Shown in pieces: positions 27,984-37,298 of a DNA stretch of 64,000 nucleotides. Position numbers and translations under genes: made by a program. This DNA comes from an uncultured bacterium (GTDB taxonomy: Bacteria; Zixibacteria; MSB-5A5; CAIYYT01), in contig CAVSCK010000004.1 in NCBI GenBank assembly GCA_963726455.1, forward strand, positions 288,001 to 352,000, given 5' to 3'. The stretch's first letter is position 1; the number at the start of each line of letters is the position of its first letter. The notes under the pieces were generated by a model that had not been told where the DNA came from, made no database searches, and was given only the letters and a program-made list of their open reading frames with translations.

Positions 27984-30165
27984 ATGTCACTAATGATCAA
28001 CCACAACATTGCTGCCATTGACGCCCAGCGTAACCTGGCCCAGACACAACGCTCTATCAGCCAAGTGATGGAGAAACTGTCTTCCGGTTTCAGGATTAAC
28101 AGAGCGTCGGACGATCCGGCCGGTCTGGTGATTTCGGAGCAGTTCCGTGCGCAGATCGCGGGTCTTAATCGTGCGATTTCCAACTCGGAAGGATCGATCA
28201 ATATGATCCAGACCGCAGAAGGATCGCTGAACGAAATCAACAGCTTGCTGGTTTCCATGAGAGAACTGGCCATCCATGCCGCCAACGAAGGCTTCAATGA
28301 TGCCAACCAGCTCGCTGCTGACCAGGCAGAAATTGAAAACGCCATCAAGACGATCGACCGTATTGCTGCCAACACTCAGTTCGGTACCAAGAGGCTGCTC
28401 GACGGCACCAAGGACAACATCGCGACCATCACGACCGCGAATACGTCCGGCCTGACGATTCTCAAGAGTTTCCTGAATTCCGGTACGCATTCGGTTACGG
28501 CTACCAAGACAGCCGATTCCACTGCGACTCTGAATACGACCTCGTTGGGTATCTCGCTTACCAGCACCGGTTCACCGGCTGACCTCGAAGAGAAGATCCA
28601 TAACATCGACGTGTTGCAGGCCTCCAAAGGCGCCGAGAAGATTTCCAGCGCCGTGGCCATCACTGACGCGTTCGGTAATGGTTTGACCATGGGCGCTACC
28701 GCTGCCAATGCGACGATATACACCTCGAATACGTTGAGCGCTGCGACCGTTGGGACCAATGCTGGTACCTACAGTCTGGTGCTCAACTATCAGGAAAACA
28801 ACGAAGCCGTTACCGGTGATCAGACTCTGTCAATCGCCATCGCTTCGGGTGACTCACTGGCGAACATCGTAACCAAGTGGAATACCGCCATTGCCAACAA
28901 TGCGTCATTGGCCGGTAAGATCACTGCGGCTACGCTTACCGCCGGCGCCTCTGGCAACCGCTTGCTCTTCAAGTCGGTTAACCAGGGTGCACAGTACAGT
29001 TTGAAGCTGACGTCGGCCTCTACAACGGCGACCAGTGACAAGCTGACCTGGGGTTCTACTCGTTCGAATCGTGGAACCAGCTTGAACGTTCTGAACTTTA
29101 CGGCCACTACCGTGAAGAACGCCGGAACCTCGTCTGCCGTGACTGTCGGCGCCGGCGACATACACTTCTATGACCACGTTGGCCACCGCTATCCAGAGCG
29201 GCCTGCAATACCGCCTTTGGAACCGTTTCCGGCACGACCAACAACGTCGATGTCGAAGTGTACGACAGCAACAAGCTGCGCTTCTTCACTTACGATGAAG
29301 GTTCCGACTATAAGATTCAGCACAATTCGACGGGTTCGGAGTCTGAGCGCGCCTTTAACGTTCTCGGCCTCACGGCTGACACACTCGCGATCTCCGGAAC
29401 TGATGCGATCGTCTCCTTTGACGGTTATTCAACTTCGGTGACGTCAGTGAAATACGCGTCGACCTCCAGTCTGGACGCTGTACAACAAGGCCTCCGGTGC
29501 TGCTGGTCGTGGTAGCGTTAATCTCGACTATCGGCCAGGCCTCCAACGGTATCAACGTTGGCAACCTGTTGCTCGACGTGAAAGCCGCCAAGTACGACGT
29601 GCGTCTTGATGCCGGTCCGGCCACGCAAGTGACCGCCGGTAAAGACGCCACGGTGTACAATTCCGACCGTACCCAGTCGCTCAAAGTTCGCTATGCGTTG
29701 ACCTCTCAGGGCGGTTCTGAGAGCATCACGAACACCGATCAATCGTTGGTCTTCCAGATCGGCGGTAACGTCGGCCAGACGGCCTCGATCGGTCTGCGTA
29801 ACATGGCGACCTCATCGCTTGGCAAGAATCTTGCCGGCAATAGCTTCGGCAGCTTGGCTGCCATCAACGTTTTGACGGTTGCAGGAGCCCAGGATGCTCA
29901 GGCCGTTATCGACGCCGCGATTGACGAAGTGTCGAATACCAGAGGTACTCTGGGATCGTTCCAGAAGAACACTCTGGAATCCAACCTTCGTAACCTGCGC
30001 GTTGCGTCTCAGAACCTGACGGCTTCAGAATCCGGTATTCGCGACACTGATATGGCTGCGACCATGTCCGAGTTCGTGAAGAACCAGATCCTGCTTCAGG
30101 CCGGCACGGCGATGCTTGCCCAGGGCAACCAGTTGCCTCAGGTTGTGCTGTCGCTGTTTAAGTAG
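27984..30165 (+). CDS. fliC: Flagellin (~725 aa if repaired), interrupted by four apparent +1 insertions at ~29157, 29206, 29474 and 29526
   Basis: N-terminal INHNIAA...LSSGFRINRASDDPAGL; C-terminal FQIG...RGTLG.FQ...SESGIRDTDMA...QAGTAMLAQ.NQLPQ.VLSL. Removing one base at each of the four sites gives one continuous Thr/Ser/Gly-rich frame. Confidence 0.9.
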
Positions 30166-30181
30166 TCTTAACGATTCTCTT

Positions 30182-30209
30182 CCGCGGGAGGCGTAACAAC
30201 CTCCCGCGG
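30182..30209 (+). terminator. GC-rich stem-loop after the flagellin gene (weak terminator or mRNA stabiliser)
   Basis: CCGCGGGAGG-N8-CCTCCCGCGG, without a U tail. Confidence 0.55.
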
Positions 30210-30232
30210 TGAGGTCATGTGAGGTGATGTTA

Positions 30233-30628
30233 ATGAGTGCGATTGAAAGAATCACGTCGGTTTCCGAGGAAGTGGTCAGACAGGCCGCGCCCCCGACTCC
30301 GGTCAAATCGCCGACACCTAACATGGACGCCAAGGTGATGCAACAGTCTCCGCCATTGACAGCTTCGTCACAGGTGTTGACTGGGGACGAAACCAAGAGG
30401 ATCGACAAGGATCTCCTACAGAAGGTCCTTGATAAACTCAGTCAGCAATTTCGGAGCCGGAATACTTCGTTGAATTTCTCGATCGACGAAACAACCAATT
30501 CTCTGGTGGTAAAGGTGGTCGACTCGGATAGCGAGAAGGTCATCAGACAAATTCCTCCGGAAGAAGTCCTGGCCATTCGCAGGCGAATCCAGGAGCTTCT
30601 CGGAGCTTTATACGACAAAGAAGCATGA
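30233..30628 (+). CDS. flaG: Flagellar protein FlaG
   Basis: LNFSIDE..N.LVVKVVD..SEKVIRQIPPEE.L. Lies between the flagellin and fliD. Confidence 0.9.
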   Translation: MSAIERITSVSEEVVRQAAPPTPVKSPTPNMDAKVMQQSPPLTASSQVLTGDETKRIDKDLLQKVLDKLSQQFRSRNTSLNFSIDETTNSLVVKVVDSDSEKVIRQIPPEEVLAIRRRIQELLGALYDKEA

Positions 30629-30637
30629 TGCTGGTTG

Positions 30638-30667
30638 GTGGTCCGAGGGGTAATGCCCCCGGACCAC
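30638..30667 (+). other. Intergenic stem-loop between flaG and fliD
   Basis: GTGGTCCG(A)GGGG-TAATG-CCCCCGGACCAC. Confidence 0.5.
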
Positions 30668-30694
30668 TGCCTTTCTTAGGAAGAGGATACGAAC

Positions 30695-33055
30695 ATGGCT
30701 GGAATCGCGGGATCCGTTACCGGAATTAACTCGCAACTCGACACCACGGCCATCATTGACGCGATGTTGACTTACGACAAGCAGAATATCACTCTGCTGC
30801 AGTACGATCAAACCTTAAAGACCAATCAAATCGCCACTTTCCAGGCGATCAACACTCGCTTACTGGCGTTCCAAACGCAGGCGGGACTATTGGCCAAGGC
30901 CGATTCCTACACGGCCGCCAAGCTGAGCGTATCCGATGAAGACTATCTCACCGCAACTGCCGGCGACAATGTCGGCCTGGGAACCTACTCCCTCAATATC
31001 ACCGCGCTGGCTCAGAACCATCAGGTAGCATCGCAGGGGTTCAGCCAGCAGGAAATTGCCAACCTGGGTACCGGCACTATTACCATAGCCGTCGGAGATG
31101 CCTCTCCCAAGACAATCACGATTGATTCCAGCAGCAGTTCCCTGGAAGGCATCAAGAACGCAATCAACAACGCCAATGCCGGCGTCAAGGCGTCCGTCGT
31201 CAATGACGGCAGTTCCTCGAATGCTTATCGTCTGCTGATTACCGCCGACAAGACGGGAGCCAAGAATCAAATTGAATTCACATCGAATCTGTCGGGCAGC
31301 AAGACACTCGATTTCAGCGGCTCGTCATTCGATCAGGTGGAGAAGCTTTCTTTTGATGGAGCCGCCACCTCGACACCGCGCCTCGGGACGACAGCATCAT
31401 ATACCGGCACTCAGAACAAGACATATTCATTCACCGTTAAAGGAATTGGAACGCAGACAATCGGATCGGGCGACATCACCATTGATTGGACCGACGGCAC
31501 TAACAGCGGGTCGGTAGTGGTGAGTTCCGCCGACACCGAGGTTGAACTCTCTGGCGCCGGTTCAGACGGACTCAAACTGGCATTTTCCGCCGGCACTCTC
31601 GTGGCCGGCGACACTTTCCAAGTGCAAAGTTTCGCGCCGTTACTGCAAAGAGCGCAGGATGCCCGAATATCAATGGGCTCCACAAACGGCGGTGGTTCGC
31701 CTATCACGGTGACCAGCGAAAACAATTTTGTGAAGAACTTAATTCCCGGCGTCACGCTGAATCTCAAGAAGGTTACGACAACTGATCCGATAATTATCTC
31801 GGCTGATCGTGACGTCGCCAAAGTTGAACAACAAGTTGATGACTTTATACAGAAATTTAATGACGTCCTCGGCGCCTTGGACGATCAATTCAAATTCGAT
31901 CCCAATGCCAAGGAGAATACCGGCGTACTGTTCGGCGATCGCACCCTGATGATGGTGCAGGACTCGCTACGCGGTTCAGTGACGTCGAAGGTTAGCGGCC
32001 TTACCTCCAAGTATAAGATGCTGGCAGATATCGGTATCCGTATCGGGTCAACCGGCAAGCTTGCCGTGGTCGACCGCAGCAAATTGGAAGGCGCAATCAA
32101 GGATTATCCTGACGAAGTGCGCAAGCTTTTGGCGCCGTCAGGCGAGTCGTCAAACAGCAAGGTCTCGTTTGTGGCTCTTTCCGAGAGCACCAAAATCTCT
32201 ACCGAAGGATACGATGTCGAAATCACACAGGCCGCCCGGCAGGGATATCTGCAGGGTGGCGTCATTGCCGATCCTTCCGTAACGCCGTTGACGATCGATG
32301 CGACCAACAAGAATCTGTCGCTGAAGATCGACGGCATGATCTCTGAGACGATAACTTTGACCGAAAAAAGCTACAGCAGTTGGCAATCTCTGGTTGACGA
32401 ATTGCAGCAGAAGATCAATGCTGATTCGAAAGTCGGCGCCAAGGGTGTCAAGGTAACCTATTTCGACAATGGAGCGACCGGCTACCTGATTCTGACTTCA
32501 GGCACGTATGGCAAGAGCTCCAAAGTGGAATTGCAGAGCGGTACTTCCACCAGCGCTTATGCAACGCTGGGGCTGGCAACGGCTCAGGTTTTTGGTGGTC
32601 AGGATGTAGCGGGCACAATCAACGGTGAAAAGACAACCGGTGTCGGACAGTTTCTCTCCGGCAATTCAGGAAATGCCAACACCGAAGGATTGAAACTTCT
32701 CGTCGAACTAACCGACGCCGATCTTCGCACCGGAAACGAGGCATCCGTCAAAGTACTTCGCGGCATTGCCTCCAAATTGCAGGATCTGTCCAATTCGCTT
32801 ACCAAAAACGTAAACGGCACTTTCTCCAGTCGCACCAGCGCCCTGCAAAAGCAAATAGATGATATCAAGACGCAAGTTGAGAATAAGAATCAGATGATGG
32901 AACTAAAACGCCAGCGACTTATTCAGCAGTTTCAGGAAATGGAGGATGTCCTGGGCAAGCTCAATAACCAATCGGCGTATCTTTCCGGGCAGTTGGCAAA
33001 TTTGTCTTCACTATTCAGCTCATCGAAGAACGGCAGTAACAACAGTGGGTCATGA
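30695..33055 (+). CDS. fliD: Flagellar filament cap protein FliD (786 aa)
   Basis: GINSQLDT..IID, GTYSLNITALAQ, AQDA, N...LIPGVTLNL, G.LFGD, C-terminal QF..ME..L..LN.QS.YL. Confidence 0.93.
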   Translation: MAGIAGSVTGINSQLDTTAIIDAMLTYDKQNITLLQYDQTLKTNQIATFQAINTRLLAFQTQAGLLAKADSYTAAKLSVSDEDYLTATAGDNVGLGTYSLNITALAQNHQVASQGFSQQEIANLGTGTITIAVGDASPKTITIDSSSSSLEGIKNAINNANAGVKASVVNDGSSSNAYRLLITADKTGAKNQIEFTSNLSGSKTLDFSGSSFDQVEKLSFDGAATSTPRLGTTASYTGTQNKTYSFTVKGIGTQTIGSGDITIDWTDGTNSGSVVVSSADTEVELSGAGSDGLKLAFSAGTLVAGDTFQVQSFAPLLQRAQDARISMGSTNGGGSPITVTSENNFVKNLIPGVTLNLKKVTTTDPIIISADRDVAKVEQQVDDFIQKFNDVLGALDDQFKFDPNAKENTGVLFGDRTLMMVQDSLRGSVTSKVSGLTSKYKMLADIGIRIGSTGKLAVVDRSKLEGAIKDYPDEVRKLLAPSGESSNSKVSFVALSESTKISTEGYDVEITQAARQGYLQGGVIADPSVTPLTIDATNKNLSLKIDGMISETITLTEKSYSSWQSLVDELQQKINADSKVGAKGVKVTYFDNGATGYLILTSGTYGKSSKVELQSGTSTSAYATLGLATAQVFGGQDVAGTINGEKTTGVGQFLSGNSGNANTEGLKLLVELTDADLRTGNEASVKVLRGIASKLQDLSNSLTKNVNGTFSSRTSALQKQIDDIKTQVENKNQMMELKRQRLIQQFQEMEDVLGKLNNQSAYLSGQLANLSSLFSSSKNGSNNSGS

Positions 33056-33059
33056 GGCA

Positions 33060-33497
33060 ATGGACAAAAAGGTAACTACGTACCAAAAGGCGCAATTGGA
33101 AGGCCTGAGTCAGCGGGACCTTATCGTGATGTGCTATAAGGGCACGATCAAGTACTTGAATGACGCCAGGCAGCGGCTGGAAGCCGGCGATAGCGAGGGC
33201 TTTTCCGAGCAGATCGAGAAGGCGCATCGCGTCATCTTTCACTTGTATACAACACTCGATATGAAGCAAGGGGGAGAGATTGCCCAGCGTTTGGCCGATC
33301 TCTATGCGTACCTGATCAATCAGATTTATCTCTTGAACGCCACCAAGAATCCCGAGATCGCTGATGGCGTTATCAAGATTATGGGCACATTAAAGGAGGG
33401 TTGGGAGGGGTTAGACCCGAAAGCCGTTTCGGGAGCGGCCGACAATGGATCCAGGCAGCGTATTGCTGCTACTCAGGTAGTTTCAGTGCAGATTTGA
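33060..33497 (+). CDS. fliS: Flagellin chaperone FliS
   Basis: LIVMCYKG.IKYL...KA..I..L..TLDM..GGEIA..L..LY.Y...LKEGW. Start moved to ATG 33060. Confidence 0.92.
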   Translation: MDKKVTTYQKAQLEGLSQRDLIVMCYKGTIKYLNDARQRLEAGDSEGFSEQIEKAHRVIFHLYTTLDMKQGGEIAQRLADLYAYLINQIYLLNATKNPEIADGVIKIMGTLKEGWEGLDPKAVSGAADNGSRQRIAATQVVSVQI

Positions 33498-33498
33498 G

Positions 33499-33957
33499 GT
33501 GTCGATGGAATACAGTGATGTAACGAAACTGGAAACGAAGCTGATAGCCGGTCTCAAGGACGAATATTCCTTTTATCAGTCTCTGTTTATCGTCATCGAC
33601 AAGCAGAGAGACTATATCAAGTACGACAAGGAACAGAAGATCGTCGATCTCTACGGGGAAGTGGAACGCATTTGTGCCAGAATTCGCGAATCCGAGGAGA
33701 ACATTGCCAAGCTCCGTTCGGACAACAAGAACCTGTTTAACCTCGCGGCCTCCTCACCGGAGGTGCGACGCCTGGTCAACTCCATTACCACGTTGATCTC
33801 CAAGACGCTTAAGATCGTCAAGGAAAACGAGGACGTCGCCAGCAGCAAGTACGAAGCTATTCGCGATCAATTGGCGCAGCTCGAAAAAGGGCGCAAGGTC
33901 ACGGGTTATATGCCGCGCAGAACACAAACTCCCCAATACGTTGACAAGAAAAGGTAA
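33499..33957 (+). CDS. Helical flagellar chaperone (FliT/FlgN-like)
   Basis: Coiled-coil protein at the usual fliT position. Ends GY...YVDKKR, like the tail of the FlgN in this window. Confidence 0.5.
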   Translation: MSMEYSDVTKLETKLIAGLKDEYSFYQSLFIVIDKQRDYIKYDKEQKIVDLYGEVERICARIRESEENIAKLRSDNKNLFNLAASSPEVRRLVNSITTLISKTLKIVKENEDVASSKYEAIRDQLAQLEKGRKVTGYMPRRTQTPQYVDKKR

Positions 33958-33973
33958 GTGTGGTTGTGGACTT

Positions 33974-34321
33974 ATGAAGATTGACGACAACCTTAACAAA
34001 GCGGCGCAAGCCGCGCTGGCCGGCAAATCCAAGCTGGCTGACAAATCAAAGAAAGCAAACAAGGGCAGTACGCCTTTGGCGTCAAAACAAGAAAGCTCCC
34101 CAGAACCGTCCGCGCCCGTGAAGGCGAAATCGGCTAAGGAGCGCACTGATATGTACGAATCACAAAAAACGAAAACAGGTGCAGCCGGTGAAGTCTCAGT
34201 GCCGGTCAGACCTGACAAGGTAGAACGCGCTCGGCAACTTGTGGCCTCTGGGGCCTATAACAATCCGGACGTCATCGACAAGATTATTGACCGCCTGATC
34301 GAGGCGATAAGAGAGGTATAG
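33974..34321 (+). CDS. flgM: Anti-sigma28 factor FlgM
   Basis: Low-complexity N-terminus; C-terminal VRPDKVERARQLVASGAY...IDKIIDRLI FlgM motif. Confidence 0.72.
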   Translation: MKIDDNLNKAAQAALAGKSKLADKSKKANKGSTPLASKQESSPEPSAPVKAKSAKERTDMYESQKTKTGAAGEVSVPVRPDKVERARQLVASGAYNNPDVIDKIIDRLIEAIREV

Positions 34322-34324
34322 GAC

Positions 34325-35221
34325 ATGCTTGCGCAGCAGACAATCACACCGGAGGAGAAACTTCGTCGTCGCCTGAGTACTATCAGCAATCTGCCCTCGC
34401 CGCCACTGGTCTTTAATCAAATCTCGAAGGTGATCAACGATCCCAGAACTTCGGTCAAGGATGTCGCTGCCATTATGTCTGAAGATGCTGCTATGAGCGC
34501 CAAAGTTCTCCGGCTCTCCAATTCCGCCTTCTATGGAGCCAAAAACGAAATCACCGGTATCAAACAGGCAATCCTTGTCCTCGGACTTGAGGCCGTCAAG
34601 TCGCTGGTGTTGTCGTCGTCGGTGTTTGATATGTTCAAGTCCCAGAAACTCGACACCGAATTTCAGGAATCATTCTGGCGGCATTCGCTGGCTACCGCTC
34701 TGGCAGGACGCCTGGTTGTCAAGCACCTCCGGGTGCTCGCGCCGTACGATCCCGAAATTGCCTTCTCAGCCGGCCTGTTGCACGACATCGGCAAACTGAT
34801 ATTTTGTTGTTTCATGGTCGATGAACACAAGCAATCCGTGCTGTACAAGAAAGAACACCACAGTTCAGATTATCAGGCCGAAATACAGGTTGGCGGCTAT
34901 GCACATACTCTTGTTGGCCGCATGTTGGCACAAAACTGGAAGTTGCCCGCTCCGATATTGGAAGCCATTGAATTTCATCATTTCCCGGTTCTGCCCGAGC
35001 AGGAGGACGACAAGTATTCATGCGTCATACACGCAGCCGACTACCTTTCACATCTGACCTTTGACAAGAAACTTCCTCAGATCAACGATTGGGAGCATCT
35101 GCAACCTTCGCTCAGTGATTATCTGGAATTCACGCCTGAGGTTGTCGAAGCGCTGAGCCACCGGCTGCTTGAAGAGTACTCCTGCAGCAGCACCTTCATG
35201 CAGATGGCGCTGTCCGCCTGA
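34325..35221 (+). CDS. HDOD-domain protein
   Basis: LPSPP, D.AMSAKVLRL.NSAFYG, FWRHS, AGLLHDIGKL, W.LP..I..AI..HH. Confidence 0.92.
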   Translation: MLAQQTITPEEKLRRRLSTISNLPSPPLVFNQISKVINDPRTSVKDVAAIMSEDAAMSAKVLRLSNSAFYGAKNEITGIKQAILVLGLEAVKSLVLSSSVFDMFKSQKLDTEFQESFWRHSLATALAGRLVVKHLRVLAPYDPEIAFSAGLLHDIGKLIFCCFMVDEHKQSVLYKKEHHSSDYQAEIQVGGYAHTLVGRMLAQNWKLPAPILEAIEFHHFPVLPEQEDDKYSCVIHAADYLSHLTFDKKLPQINDWEHLQPSLSDYLEFTPEVVEALSHRLLEEYSCSSTFMQMALSA

Positions 35222-35290
35222 GACAGACGGTCTCAGAGATACATTTTCTCCTTTACTTCACACGCACCTGCGCATATTCTATCGGTCAAA

Positions 35291-36472
35291 TTGACCAGGC
35301 AGGTTTTGGTGCGTATTCGCAAAGTTCCATTCTATAAAGTCACACTTGACGAGAGCGATATCGAGCAAGTTGTGAAGACGTTGCGTTCCGGCTGGCTGAC
35401 GACCGGCCAGGTGACTCACGAATTCGAAGAAGAATTTGCCGGTTATGTCGGCGCCAAGTACGCCCTTGCCGTCAATTCCTGCACCGCTGCCTTGCATCTG
35501 TCTCTCCTGGCCGCTGGTGTCGGACCCGGCGATGAAGTAATCACATCGCCATATACGTTCGTGGCAACTACCGAGACCATTATCCAAACCGGAGCCACAC
35601 CCATTTTCGTCGACACCGAACCAGATTCATTCAACATTGATCTCGATCGAATTTCGGCCGCAGCCACGAAGAATACCAGGGCCGTTGTGCCGGTTCACAT
35701 TGCCGGCCTGCCGATAGATCTGACGAAACTCGATGCCCTGCGCCGAAAATACAAATTGACTATCATTCACGATGCCGCCCACGCACTGGGCGCCGGCTGG
35801 CGAAACAGGATGGTCGGTTCCACCGCGGACTTTTCCTGCTTTTCCTTCTATGCCACCAAGAACTTGACTACCGGCGAAGGTGGCATGATTTCAACTAACA
35901 ACGAAAGAGCATACGAAGAACTTCGAATTCTCTCACTGCACGGCATGTCCCGCGATGCTTGGAAACGCTATTCCGGCAAGGGTTCGTGGAAGTATCAAAT
36001 TGTGAGACTGGGTTACAAGTACAATCTCTCCGACATCAACGCGACGCTGGGGATCCAACAACTTCGACGATTTGCCGCCATCCAGAAGCAGCGCCACGAA
36101 CTCGCCGCCACTTATCAACACTATTTGCAGGATATTGAAGAGCTAATTCTGCCTGAGGAGCCCGCCGGAGTCACCCATGCCTGGCACCTGTATATCATCC
36201 GCTTGCTTCACGCGTCCGAGTCTCGCCGTGACGACGTCATCGAACAGCTCAAATCCCTCGGCATCGGTACTTCCGTGCACTTCATCCCTCTCCATATGCA
36301 ACCTTATTATAGGAAGCGCTACGGATTCCGCCGCGACGATTTCCCGAACGCTTACAAACTATATCGTTCTGCCATCACGCTACCGTTCTATGTCGATCTC
36401 ACCGAGGCGGACATCAAGTACGTTGCCGATTGCCTTCGCCGAATACTCTCCCGAAACCGTCGATCCAAGTGA
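35291..36472 (+). CDS. DegT/DnrJ/EryC1/StrS aminotransferase (ArnB/PseC-like)
   Basis: SGWLTTG, NSCTAALH, DAAHA, FSFYATKNLTTGEGG, GYKYNLSDI. True start may be GTG 35309. Confidence 0.93.
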   Translation: MTRQVLVRIRKVPFYKVTLDESDIEQVVKTLRSGWLTTGQVTHEFEEEFAGYVGAKYALAVNSCTAALHLSLLAAGVGPGDEVITSPYTFVATTETIIQTGATPIFVDTEPDSFNIDLDRISAAATKNTRAVVPVHIAGLPIDLTKLDALRRKYKLTIIHDAAHALGAGWRNRMVGSTADFSCFSFYATKNLTTGEGGMISTNNERAYEELRILSLHGMSRDAWKRYSGKGSWKYQIVRLGYKYNLSDINATLGIQQLRRFAAIQKQRHELAATYQHYLQDIEELILPEEPAGVTHAWHLYIIRLLHASESRRDDVIEQLKSLGIGTSVHFIPLHMQPYYRKRYGFRRDDFPNAYKLYRSAITLPFYVDLTEADIKYVADCLRRILSRNRRSK

Positions 36473-36481
36473 CGGTGGCAA

Positions 36482-37081
36482 TTGCGGCGAATCACTGACA
36501 TCTTTTTCGCACTATTCCTGATCTTGCTCACATCACCGCTCTGGTTGCTGATCATCTTGGCGCTTCTAGTATTTTCGCCCGGATGCCCTTTCTATCTTCA
36601 CACGCGTGTCGGACTGAACGGCGAGCATTTTAGACTAGTCAAATTCCGTACGATGCGACCTGATAGAACCAGCAACCTGGAACTCACCGTCTCTGGCGAC
36701 CAACGGATTACGTCCATGGGCAGAATCCTCCGGCGTACCAAGCTCGACGAGTTGCCGCAATTGCTGAATATCCTGTCCGGCTCGATGACCTTCGTCGGTC
36801 CGCGGCCCGAAGTCCCCGGCTACGTCGTCAACTATTCGCCGGCGCAGCGAAGAATCTTCGATTTCAAACCCGGCCTGACGGATCCCGCATCACTCAAGTA
36901 CCGCCATGAAGAAAGAATCCTCGCCAGTTACGCCGATCCGATAGCTGGATATCTCGAAGTCGTCGCCCCGGACAAAATCAATCTCTCGTTGGAATATCAA
37001 GAGAATCGGACCGCTTTTTCCGATATCAAGATTGTGGCGCTGACACTGGCTGCGATCTTTCGTACACACGATGATGGGTAA
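36482..37081 (+). CDS. Undecaprenyl-phosphate sugar-phosphotransferase (Bac_transf / PglC-like)
   Basis: R..DI, RVG.NG..F...KFRTM, LRRTKLDELPQL.N...G.M.FVGPRP, KPGLT. Confidence 0.92.
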   Translation: MRRITDIFFALFLILLTSPLWLLIILALLVFSPGCPFYLHTRVGLNGEHFRLVKFRTMRPDRTSNLELTVSGDQRITSMGRILRRTKLDELPQLLNILSGSMTFVGPRPEVPGYVVNYSPAQRRIFDFKPGLTDPASLKYRHEERILASYADPIAGYLEVVAPDKINLSLEYQENRTAFSDIKIVALTLAAIFRTHDDG

Positions 37082-37124
37082 TGGTAGAGGTACGTAACTC
37101 CGTCGTCCGAGGCAAGGAAATCTC

Positions 37125-37153
37125 TTGACAAATTTCCGGTTCCGCGATAAACT
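37125..37153 (+). promoter_or_regulatory. sigma70 promoter of tRNA-Val/thrS
   Basis: TTGACA-N17-TAAACT. Confidence 0.75.
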
Positions 37154-37173
37154 CGGTACCTGACGATTACCGT

Positions 37174-37250
37174 GGGCGATTAGCTCAGATGGTTAGAGCG
37201 CCTGCTCGACACGCAGGAGGTCACCGGTTCGATTCCTGTATCGCCCACCA
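37174..37250 (+). tRNA. tRNA-Val(GAC)
   Basis: GGGCGAT/ATCGCCC acceptor stem, CCTGC-TC GAC AC-GCAGG anticodon arm, GGTTCGATTCC T-arm, encoded CCA. Confidence 0.95.
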
Positions 37251-37253
37251 TGT

Positions 37254-37280
37254 TTGCCTCGTAACCGGAGGCAATTTTTT
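37254..37280 (+). terminator. Intrinsic terminator after tRNA-Val
   Basis: TTGCCTC-GTAACCG-GAGGCAA followed by TTTTTT. Confidence 0.7.
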
Positions 37281-37298
37281 ATAAGGTTGGATAAGACC

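Noticed and set aside
29150-29530. Programmed frameshifting or slipped-strand phase variation of the flagellin
   Set aside because: No slippery heptamer, homopolymer tract or short tandem repeat at the sites, and four separate shifts would be required.
37251-37298. T-box or tRNA-mimic operator upstream of thrS
   Set aside because: The leader is under 50 nt and contains only a terminator-like hairpin, with no T-box motif.
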